A stretch of 51,733 nucleotides of DNA from Acholeplasmatales bacterium. Lineage in GTDB: Bacteria > Bacillota_I > Bacilli_A > Acholeplasmatales > Anaeroplasmataceae. Numbering within the stretch: position 1 is the stretch's first letter; every line of letters begins with the position of its first letter. Positions 9,584 through 17,025 of the stretch are shown here, one piece after another. The stretch lies in contig JAEEHU010000035.1 in the NCBI GenBank assembly GCA_016280975.1, positions 1 through 51,733 on the forward strand, written 5' to 3'. Made by a program: the position numbers and the translations under genes. Under the pieces are notes generated by a model. That model did no database searches. It saw nothing but the letters and a program-made list of their open reading frames with translations, and was not told the origin of the DNA.

Positions 9584-9782
9584 ATCCAGCTGGATTCGAA
9601 CCAGCGCGTGAGTGCGTACGTGCGTTATGGAAGGCTAGACGACAGAGGTTGAAAGCACAAAAATGACAGGGGTTAGAAATTGGCTTGATGGGTGTGGTAA
9701 GATGAACTGGCCTTCCGCTAGCCGACCGCGTCATTTTTGTACTACCCTACTATGGCGCTAGACAGTGAGCAATCAGAGCTTT
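9584..9782. other. GC-rich structured non-coding element with an inverted copy of the tRNA-Gln T-arm
   Basis: 9588-9612 is the exact reverse complement of tRNA 8222-8246; 9766-9782 matches 8273-8289 at 16/17 nt; two internal inverted repeats; about 51% GC by hand count. Confidence 0.7.
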
Positions 9783-9942
9783 AAAAGAAGAACAACGCTA
9801 CTTTAAAAAAATAATAATAAATTAACAAAATATAGTGTAAAATGGAATGTAAGGTGGCGCTTGACAAAATTCTAGGCTACTCTTTATGGAGTGCTTGATT
9901 TGCAAAGCATACAATTAAGTTGCAAATATGGAGGAGAAAAAA

Positions 9943-10749
9943 ATGCAGTTAGCAGATAAAATTAGAATTATTAGAAAGGCTAGAGGCTATTCTCAAGAAC
10001 AACTTGGAGATAAGCTATCTAGAGTAAGTGAAAATGGAATTAGTCGTCAAGCGGTATCAGATTGGGAAAATGGAAAGACTGAGCCTAAGCTAGATAACAT
10101 TAGAGATTTAGCTGAGGTATTAAATGTATCTTATGATGCATTACTAGATGAAACGATTGATTTAGAAGATCCTAAGGTATTAAGTAAAATATTAGGTGAA
10201 GCTGATGAAGAGGATCAACCTAGTGTTGCACTTTCACTTAATAGAATATTTTCATTACATTATGAATATGTTAGTAAAACTAAAATATTTAATATGCCAT
10301 TAGTACATGTTAATATTGGATTTGGAATAAAAAGAGCTAAAGGAATTATTGCAATAGGTAATATTGCAACAGGGTTTATTTCAATAGGGATAGTTTCTCT
10401 TGGATTAATTTCTCTTGGATTTTTAGCACTAGGCTTATTATTTGCCTTTGGAGTATTCTCTTTAGGTTTCTTATCAATTGGTGCTATCGCAGTAGGATTC
10501 TTATCTGTTGCAAGTGTTTCAGTTGGATATTTCTCAGTTGGTGCAGTAGCAGTAGGCAAATATTCAATTGGTGCGTTTGCGTATGGTTCTAGTATATCTT
10601 TTGGTGCAAGGGCAATTGGTGGTTGCCCAATTGATACCCAGAATGGCACAATCACTTATACAAGAGATCAAATTAGAGAATTAATTGAATTAAAAGCAAA
10701 TTATGTCCCTGAATTCATTAAACAAATCTTTATATCCTTGGGCGCATAA
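9943..10749 (+). CDS. XRE-family HTH regulator fused to a Gly-rich hydrophobic membrane domain
   Basis: IRKARGYSQEQLG...SRQAVSDWENGKTEP HTH; C-terminal short Gly-rich hydrophobic repeats (e.g. GFISIGIVSLGLISLG); GGAGG RBS; upstream palindromes TGTAAG..CTTGACA and ATTTGCAA-N14-TTGCAAAT. Confidence 0.85.
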   Translation: MQLADKIRIIRKARGYSQEQLGDKLSRVSENGISRQAVSDWENGKTEPKLDNIRDLAEVLNVSYDALLDETIDLEDPKVLSKILGEADEEDQPSVALSLNRIFSLHYEYVSKTKIFNMPLVHVNIGFGIKRAKGIIAIGNIATGFISIGIVSLGLISLGFLALGLLFAFGVFSLGFLSIGAIAVGFLSVASVSVGYFSVGAVAVGKYSIGAFAYGSSISFGARAIGGCPIDTQNGTITYTRDQIRELIELKANYVPEFIKQIFISLGA

Positions 10750-10780
10750 CCAGATATAGAAAGAAGTTAGGTTAAATCAA

Positions 10781-11299
10781 ATGAGAATTTTATTTGAAAT
10801 TGATTATAAAAATTATAAAGAAAATGGAACTGTTGGTAAAAGACCATCTGCTAGAGCAATAATTATTAAGGATAATAAAATAGCTATGGTATATTCTAAA
10901 AAATATGATTATTTTAAATTCCCTGGTGGAGGAATTGAATCAAGTGAAACTAATATAGATGCTTTAATTAGAGAGGTTAAGGAAGAAGTAGGATTAGATG
11001 TTATTAAAGAATCTATAGAGGAATATGGTTTAGTGATAAGAAAAGAAAAAGGTAAAGTAGAAGATATTTTTATTCAAGAGAATTATTATTACCTATGTAG
11101 AACAAACAATAGCATTTCTAATCAGAAATTAGACTATTATGAAAAAGAAGAAGGATTTACTCTAAAGTGGGTTGATCCAAGAGATGCAATTAATACTAAT
11201 TTAAATAATAATCATAACAATACATCAGAAAGTAATATGCATATTATTGAAAGAGAAGCTAAGGTATTAATGATGCTTATAGATGAAAAATATCTATAA
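10781..11299 (+). CDS. NUDIX hydrolase
   Basis: Nudix box FPGGGIESSETNIDALIREVKEEVG. Confidence 0.92.
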   Translation: MRILFEIDYKNYKENGTVGKRPSARAIIIKDNKIAMVYSKKYDYFKFPGGGIESSETNIDALIREVKEEVGLDVIKESIEEYGLVIRKEKGKVEDIFIQENYYYLCRTNNSISNQKLDYYEKEEGFTLKWVDPRDAINTNLNNNHNNTSESNMHIIEREAKVLMMLIDEKYL

Positions 11300-11320
11300 T
11301 GAAACATTTTTAATAATAAT

Positions 11321-11381
11321 GTACGATTTTTGATAATTTTAGTACGATTAATGTTGACAAAATATGGAAATATTTTAATAT
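11321..11381 (+). promoter_or_regulatory. Sigma-A promoter preceded by direct repeats
   Basis: GTACGATT at 11321 and 11342 (21-bp period); TTGACA 11354-11359; TAATAT 11376-11381. Confidence 0.55.
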
Positions 11382-11404
11382 TAAATTGTAAATAAATAGT
11401 ACCT

Positions 11405-11516
11405 TTAAAAAAGGGAGTAGAAATCCAGTAATGGTTTTAATATCGTCAACCGACTTTATGTCCGGTATTAATGTAATTTTCAAGACTTTTGATTAATTTC
11501 AAAGGTCTTTTATTTA
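11405..11516 (+). ncRNA. Second yybP-ykoY (Mn2+) riboswitch with terminator
   Basis: AAAAGGGAGTAG ... TTAATATC-GTCAAC ... GGTATTAA ... CAAGACTTTT; terminator AAGACTTTTGA-ttaatt-TCAAAGGTCTT-TTATTT overlaps P1. Confidence 0.85.
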
Positions 11517-11534
11517 TATCAGGGGGTGTTTGTT

Positions 11535-11916
11535 ATGTTAAAGAAGTGTCCTTATTGTAATGCAAATTTTGATGAAGGAAAGGAATATTTCATTTGTCCT
11601 TATTGTAATGAGGAATTGCCAAAGGACGAAACAAAAGCTGATGTAAATTATGATGTATTAAAATCTACTAGGCAAATTGAAATTAGAGAGAAAAAAAAAG
11701 AAAAAGAAAGGCTTTTTTCAAGCTTGGCATGATTATGAATTAAATAGAGCACATATGAATAAATATATTGCTCCTATTGAGGGTGTTATTTTTATAATTT
11801 TGGGAATAGTGCTTATATTTTATTCATGGTTTGGTTTATTCTTTATAATTATTGGTGTAATATTTATATTAATAGGAATATGGCTTAAGTATCTTTCTGA
11901 GCATTTTGATGAATAA
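11535..11916 (+). pseudogene. Zinc-ribbon (2x CPYC) plus two-TM membrane protein, split by a frameshift at an A9 run
   Basis: ORFs 11526..11732 and 11677..11916 join into one ~126-aa protein if one A is removed from A9 at 11691-11699. Confidence 0.7.
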
Positions 11917-11925
11917 GGTGATAAT

Positions 11926-12543
11926 ATGACAGAATATGAAAAGATGATTAGTGGAAAAATATACTCTCCATCTGATCCTAAAGCAAATGAATTAGCACAT
12001 AATCAACATGATCTTGTTTTAGATTACAATAGATTATATGATAGAGACCCTAAAAGAAAAGAATTAATTGATAAGATATTTCCTAATCATAAAGGTTCAA
12101 TTTATATTCAAGGAAATCTATATGTAGATTATGGTATTCATACGACAATTGGTAATAATTTCTATGCTAATAATGGACTTACTATATTAGATGTATGTCC
12201 GGTCACTATTGGTGATGATTGTTTCTTTGGACCAAATGTTAGCTTGTATACACCACTACATCCATTAATGTATCAGGAAAGAAATCAATACTTTGATGAA
12301 AGTATTAATAGATATACTGATAAGGAATATGGTGCGCCAATTGAAATTGGTAATAATTGCTGGCTAGGTGGAAATGTTATAGTACTACCTGGCGTAAAAA
12401 TTGGGAATGGCTGTGTAATAGGTGCAGGATCAGTTGTTACACATGATATACCAGATAATTATTTAGCTTATGGTAATCCATGTAAGGCTATAAGAAAAAT
12501 AACAAAAGGAGATTCAATATATAAGAATAAGGATTTATGGTAA
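11926..12543 (+). CDS. Maltose/galactoside O-acetyltransferase (Maa/LacA family)
   Basis: MTEYEKMISGKIY N-terminal Mac domain; hexapeptide repeats IGNNCWLGGNVIVLPGVKIG; GNPCK. Confidence 0.92.
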   Translation: MTEYEKMISGKIYSPSDPKANELAHNQHDLVLDYNRLYDRDPKRKELIDKIFPNHKGSIYIQGNLYVDYGIHTTIGNNFYANNGLTILDVCPVTIGDDCFFGPNVSLYTPLHPLMYQERNQYFDESINRYTDKEYGAPIEIGNNCWLGGNVIVLPGVKIGNGCVIGAGSVVTHDIPDNYLAYGNPCKAIRKITKGDSIYKNKDLW

Positions 12544-12567
12544 TCCTTATACTTATTAATAATTAAA

Positions 12568-12759
12568 ATGAGAGAGCGTTATGTTGATAGTGTAAGAGGA
12601 ACTCTAAAAATGACAGATGTAGATAAGGCTACATATAATATTGGAAGTAATCCAAAAACAGCATTTATGGGCGATGGCTCATATCATACATACGACTATC
12701 AATTCTTCTATAATAACCTAAAGGATAATGTTAATAAAAGAATTCAAAATAGCAATTAA
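12568..12759 (+). pseudogene. C-terminal remnant resembling a DUF3089-family hydrolase
   Basis: GSYHTYDYQFFYNNLKDNVNKRI resembles the DUF3089 C-terminus as I recall it; only 63 aa; no RBS. Confidence 0.5.
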
Positions 12760-12775
12760 AATTTATAACTAAAAC

Positions 12776-12797
12776 AGACCCTAAAAGGGTCTTTTTT
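12776..12797 (+). terminator. Intrinsic terminator
   Basis: AGACCCT-aaa-AGGGTCT-TTTTT. Confidence 0.8.
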
Positions 12798-12900
12798 AAT
12801 ATATTTATGAAACAGTTGTTAATTTGCAAATTACTGTAAACGTATTCATAAAAACCCTTTCATAAAAAATGGTAAAATATATTTAGGAGGATTAATTATT

Positions 12901-13686
12901 ATGTTCAATTATAAAAACAAAGTAGTTGCGATTACAGGCGCATCATCAGGTCTTGGAAAACAAATGGCTGAAGGATATGCTCAATGTGGAGCAGATCTAG
13001 TTTTATTAGCTAGAAGAGTTGAAAGACTTGAAGAATCAGCAAAAGAATGGGAGAAGAAGTATGGCGTTAAAGTGCTTCCTGTAAAGTGCGACGTTACAGA
13101 TGCTGAATCAATTAAGGCTGCAGTATCTAAGGTTGAAGAAGTATTTGGTCATTGCGAGGTTATTGTTAATGATGCTGGTGGTGAAAAGGGAACTGGAACA
13201 CCATTATTAGACTATAAGAGAGAAGACTGGGATTTCACTTTAAACCTAGACTTAACTTCAGTATTTGCAGTAACTCAAGCATTTGCTAACTTCATGAAGA
13301 AGGCAATTGCTGCTGGTAAGCAAACATATGGTAGAGTAATCAATATTGCATCTATCTATGGTTTAGTAGGTAATACAGCACTTCCTACAATTGCATACCA
13401 TACAACAAAGGGAGCTGTTGTAAACTTCACAAGAGGTGCAGCTGCTGAACTTGCTACACAAAAGATTACAGTTAATGCAATCTGCCCTGGTTATTTCTAT
13501 ACAGAATTAACAACAGATACATTAAATACTGAATATTTCCAAAACTTTGCTAATCAATCAGTTCCAATGAAGAGATATGGTAACCAAGGTGAATTAAATT
13601 CTGCTGCTATTTTCTTAGGTGCAGAAGAATCATCATATGTTACAGGTCAAATCTTAGCTGTTGATGGCGGTTATACTTGCGTATAA
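12901..13686 (+). CDS. Short-chain dehydrogenase/reductase (gluconate 5-dehydrogenase/FabG-like)
   Basis: TGASSGLG NAD(P) motif, catalytic YHTTK, VNAICPG, TGQILAVDGG. Confidence 0.93.
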   Translation: MFNYKNKVVAITGASSGLGKQMAEGYAQCGADLVLLARRVERLEESAKEWEKKYGVKVLPVKCDVTDAESIKAAVSKVEEVFGHCEVIVNDAGGEKGTGTPLLDYKREDWDFTLNLDLTSVFAVTQAFANFMKKAIAAGKQTYGRVINIASIYGLVGNTALPTIAYHTTKGAVVNFTRGAAAELATQKITVNAICPGYFYTELTTDTLNTEYFQNFANQSVPMKRYGNQGELNSAAIFLGAEESSYVTGQILAVDGGYTCV

Positions 13687-13700
13687 TATGTTAAAAGTTG

Positions 13701-13726
13701 AAGCATGCATTTTTGCATGCTTTTTT
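13701..13726 (+). terminator. Intrinsic terminator
   Basis: AAGCATGCA-tttt-TGCATGCTT-TTTT. Confidence 0.8.
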
Positions 13727-13820
13727 CTTTGTATAACTTTTTTCTTTATATAATATATTAATAGTTTTATTGACTATTTATTTATAAGAGAATAAAATAA
13801 AATTTGATTGGAGGGGTAAG

Positions 13821-14348
13821 ATGGCAAGTTCAAAATCAACAAGTAAGGCAGCTTTAGCCATTCAAATAATAGAAGGAATTTTATTATTTATAGTCGGCTT
13901 AGTAATTGTTATTACTCGTGATGGTGGTGCTGTATTAAATTATGTAATTGGTGCTATGCTATTGATTGCAGGCTTAGTATTAATTATAGTAGATGCAGCT
14001 AAAACAAGAAGAGTAGTATCAACATCTACAATTGTTGCTACTGGCTTAATAACTCTTGGCTTAATAGCTCTTATTTATAATGCTTTACCAATTACAGTAT
14101 TTATTATTTGGTTTTCAATAGTATTAGGATCTATATTAATAGCTGATATGGTTATTTGTTTAGCATACAAGAGAAATCAAGTTCCAGCTATAATAGAAGG
14201 CGTAATAGGTGTATTATTACTTGTATTTGGTATTTTAGCAGTAATTCCAGTAAACGGAATTATGACAGTATTCTATATCATTACAGGTGTTCTATTAATG
14301 GTATTAGGCTTATTATTAATAATGCTACCAGTTATAAAGAAGAAGTAA
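13821..14348 (+). CDS. Six-TM membrane protein (HdeD/DUF308-like)
   Basis: Six hydrophobic helices with an internal repeat (IIEGILLFIVG / IIEGVIGVLL). Confidence 0.6.
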   Translation: MASSKSTSKAALAIQIIEGILLFIVGLVIVITRDGGAVLNYVIGAMLLIAGLVLIIVDAAKTRRVVSTSTIVATGLITLGLIALIYNALPITVFIIWFSIVLGSILIADMVICLAYKRNQVPAIIEGVIGVLLLVFGILAVIPVNGIMTVFYIITGVLLMVLGLLLIMLPVIKKK

Positions 14349-14368
14349 TATATTTTAATTTTAGAATT

Positions 14369-14398
14369 AGGTCACTTTAGGTGGCCTTTTCTTTTTTT
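14369..14398 (+). terminator. Intrinsic terminator
   Basis: AGGTCAC-tttag-GTGGCCT followed by T-runs. Confidence 0.75.
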
Positions 14399-14419
14399 AA
14401 AAAAAATATAAAAAAGGTG

Positions 14420-14448
14420 TTGACATTATAAAATTTCACCTTTATAAT
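14420..14448 (+). promoter_or_regulatory. Consensus sigma-A promoter of the sulfur operon
   Basis: TTGACA (14420-14425), 17-nt spacer, TATAAT (14443-14448). Confidence 0.9.
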
Positions 14449-14454
14449 AATGCT

Positions 14455-14477
14455 AATCCTACTAAAAAGATAGGAAT
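14455..14477. promoter_or_regulatory. Putative Rrf2 (CymR/IscR-like) operator
   Basis: AATCCTA-N9-TAGGAAT palindrome at the transcription start; a related copy lies at 21024-21046 in front of the Rrf2 gene. Confidence 0.7.
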
Positions 14478-14507
14478 AGAAGGAAAAGAAAGAAAAGGAG
14501 TGATATT

Positions 14508-14606
14508 ATGACTATTTTAGTTAGTCGATGTATGGGTTATGCCCGAATGTGTAATTTAAAGAAATGGAGTCATAATGTCATGTGTGACTCAGTAAATAAT
14601 ATTTAA
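14508..14606 (+). CDS. Cys/Met-rich leader peptide (32 aa)
   Basis: AAGGAG RBS; MTILVSRCMGYARMCNLKKWSHNVMCDSVNNI*; absent from the ORF track because of its size. Confidence 0.65.
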   Translation: MTILVSRCMGYARMCNLKKWSHNVMCDSVNNI

Positions 14607-14651
14607 ATTACAAAAAAATAAAATTACTGAAAAATAGAGGAGAAAATTAAA

Positions 14652-15938
14652 ATGAGTAAAAATTATAGATTTGAAACATTACAATTACATGTAGGTCAGG
14701 AAAATCCTGATTCAGCAACTGGTGCTAGAGCAGTACCAATTTATTTAACATCATCATATGTATTTGATGATACAAAGGTAGCAGAAGATAGATTCGGCTT
14801 AAGAAATGCTGGAAATATCTATGGTAGATTAACAAACCCAACACAAGATGTATTTGAAAAGAGAGTTGCAGCACTTGAAGGTGGTGTAGCAGCACTTGCT
14901 GTAGCATCAGGTGCAGCAGCAGTAACATATTCAATCCTAGCACTAGCTGGTGCAGGTGATCATGTAGTAGCTGCAAGTAATATTTATGGTGGAACATATA
15001 ACCTACTTGAGCATACATTAAAAACTTATGGAATTGATACAACATTTGTTCCTGCAAATGATGTTAACAATTTCGATAAGGCAATTAAGGAAAATACTAA
15101 ATTAGTATTTATTGAAACATTAGGTAATCCAAGAAGTGATGTTGTTGATATTGAGGCAATCGCAAGTGTTGCTCATAAGCATAACATTCCACTTGTTATT
15201 GATAACACATTTGGTACACCTTATTTAATTAGACCAATTGAGCATGGAGCTGATATTGTTGTACATTCAGCAACTAAATTCATAGTTGGTCATGGTACAG
15301 CACTTGGTGGTGTAATAGTTGATTCAGGTAACTTCGATTGGGAAAAATCAGGTAAGTTCCCTCAATTTGTTGAACCAAACGTTTCATACCATGGTGTATC
15401 ATTCACAAAGGCAGTAGGAAAGGCAGCATTCGCTGTATTTATTAGAGCAATCCTACTTCGTGATACAGGAGCTTCAATTTCTCCAGTTAATGCATTTATC
15501 GCATTACAAGGACTTGAAACTTTATCACTAAGAGTTGAACGTCATACAGAAAATGCAATTAAGGTTGCTAAATTCTTAGATGCAAATCCAAAGATTAAGG
15601 CTGTACATCATCCAGCTGTATCTAAGGATAAGAAGGAACAAGAATTATATAAGAAGTATTTCCCTAATGGAGGAGGTACAATCTTCACATTTGAGGTTAA
15701 TGGCGATGAGGCTACAACTAAGAAGTTTATTGATAACTTAAAGTTATTCTCACTTCTTGCAAATGTAGGTGATGTTAAGTCACTTGTTATTCACCCAGCA
15801 TCAACAACACATGCTGAGTTATCAGATAGTGAACTTGAAAAAGTTGGTATTTATAGAAATACAGTAAGAGTATCAATTGGTACAGAGCATATTGATGATA
15901 TCCTAGATGATATTGATACAGCACTTAAGGCAATATAG
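14652..15938 (+). CDS. metY: O-acetylhomoserine/O-acetylserine sulfhydrylase
   Basis: FETLQLHVGQE, YGRLTNPT, HSATKF (PLP lysine), LANVGDVKSLVIHPASTTH. Confidence 0.93.
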   Translation: MSKNYRFETLQLHVGQENPDSATGARAVPIYLTSSYVFDDTKVAEDRFGLRNAGNIYGRLTNPTQDVFEKRVAALEGGVAALAVASGAAAVTYSILALAGAGDHVVAASNIYGGTYNLLEHTLKTYGIDTTFVPANDVNNFDKAIKENTKLVFIETLGNPRSDVVDIEAIASVAHKHNIPLVIDNTFGTPYLIRPIEHGADIVVHSATKFIVGHGTALGGVIVDSGNFDWEKSGKFPQFVEPNVSYHGVSFTKAVGKAAFAVFIRAILLRDTGASISPVNAFIALQGLETLSLRVERHTENAIKVAKFLDANPKIKAVHHPAVSKDKKEQELYKKYFPNGGGTIFTFEVNGDEATTKKFIDNLKLFSLLANVGDVKSLVIHPASTTHAELSDSELEKVGIYRNTVRVSIGTEHIDDILDDIDTALKAI

Positions 15939-15957
15939 TTTAAAGGAGAGAAAAAAG

Positions 15958-17025
15958 ATGAGTTTAAGAAAGAAATTAATAGGCGTTGCACTAGGTGTAG
16001 TTGGTTTATTTAGTGTTGCATCTTGTTCAAATGCAGATAACAATACAATTTATTATTCATATGCACCAGGAGCTGCAAGAAGTGCAATTACACAAGTTGC
16101 AGATGAACTTGGTTATATTAAAGAAGAAGGAATAAAGCTTGAATATGTAAACTTCAGCTTTACTGATGCCTTTGCAGCATTAAAGAAAAATAGTAAGGAG
16201 CTTGATATTCTATCAACAGGATTTCCTCAACATTTATCTGCAATAGCACGTGGTGAGGATTTAAGAATTATAGCTGGTACAGCATCTGAAGGTGGAGCTT
16301 TATTCACATCAACAGATAAATATGATAGATTTTTAGATTTTAATAATTATAACAATATTAAAATTGGTATGAAGGCTGATGAGCAAGCATGGATTATCGG
16401 AAGACAATATATTAAGGAAAATTATCCAAATATTGATTTTTCAACAATAGAAGAAACAATATATGATACTCCACTTCTTGCAGCTCAAGCAGCAGCAAAG
16501 GGAGAAGTAGATGTTGCATTTATATCTGATAGTGCAATGGCATCTTATGAAGGAAGCATAGCTGGACTTAAGCGTCTATACTGGACAGGAGAATTAGTAC
16601 CAAATTATGTATGCTGCCGTGAAACTACAACTCCAACTAAAATTTCAGAAAAAAGAGATGCTTTTGTTAAGCTTGAAAGAGCAAGAATTAGAGCATGGGA
16701 ATATATTGAAAATGAAAACAATAGACAAGATGTATTAGAAAAGGTAGCACACTTCACAGGTCAAACTACAACATATGTTGATAACTATTTATTCCATACT
16801 GCATCAAAGTTAACTGCTGATCCAAATAAAAAAGGAATTATTCAATATTTTAATTCTGCAGCTGAAATAGGATTCTTTGGAAGTGCAGATTTAACTAAGG
16901 TACATATTGAAAATAACATTGATACTACAATTTATAAGGATGCATTAGATTCACTAATTAGAGAAAATCCAAATAGCCAATACTTACAAGAAAAACTCGC
17001 ACTATTTACACTTCAAAACGTATAA
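15958..17025 (+). CDS. SsuA/TauA-type ABC substrate-binding lipoprotein
   Basis: Lipobox VASC; ELGYIKEEGIKLEY; NYVCCR motif; sits in an operon with a NitT/TauT-type ATPase and permease. Confidence 0.82.
   Translation: MSLRKKLIGVALGVVGLFSVASCSNADNNTIYYSYAPGAARSAITQVADELGYIKEEGIKLEYVNFSFTDAFAALKKNSKELDILSTGFPQHLSAIARGEDLRIIAGTASEGGALFTSTDKYDRFLDFNNYNNIKIGMKADEQAWIIGRQYIKENYPNIDFSTIEETIYDTPLLAAQAAAKGEVDVAFISDSAMASYEGSIAGLKRLYWTGELVPNYVCCRETTTPTKISEKRDAFVKLERARIRAWEYIENENNRQDVLEKVAHFTGQTTTYVDNYLFHTASKLTADPNKKGIIQYFNSAAEIGFFGSADLTKVHIENNIDTTIYKDALDSLIRENPNSQYLQEKLALFTLQNV

Noticed and set aside
9588-9612. Second tRNA gene or standard attR
   Set aside because: Only the variable loop and T-arm are present, with no acceptor or anticodon stem, and the orientation is inverted relative to tRNA-Gln.
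9612-9625. GTGCG motifs suggesting a group II intron 5' end
   Set aside because: No domain V/VI or reverse transcriptase ORF is visible nearby.
9522-9734. 70-aa minus-strand ORF across the GC-rich element
   Set aside because: No RBS, atypical composition, and it runs through a terminator and the tRNA-derived segment; better explained as non-coding.
8341-9804. 9-bp inverted repeat AAAGTAGCG / CGCTACTTT around the lipoprotein cassette
   Set aside because: Too short to separate from chance; no transposase or target duplication matches it.
11691-11700. Classic -1 ribosomal frameshift heptamer A-AAA-AAG
   Set aside because: The downstream ORF is in the +1 frame, so a -1 shift would not reach it.
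14480-14650. T-box or SAM riboswitch in the metY leader
   Set aside because: No T-box (AAGGTGGTACC-like) or S-box consensus and no U-tailed terminator; the leader is occupied by a short ORF.
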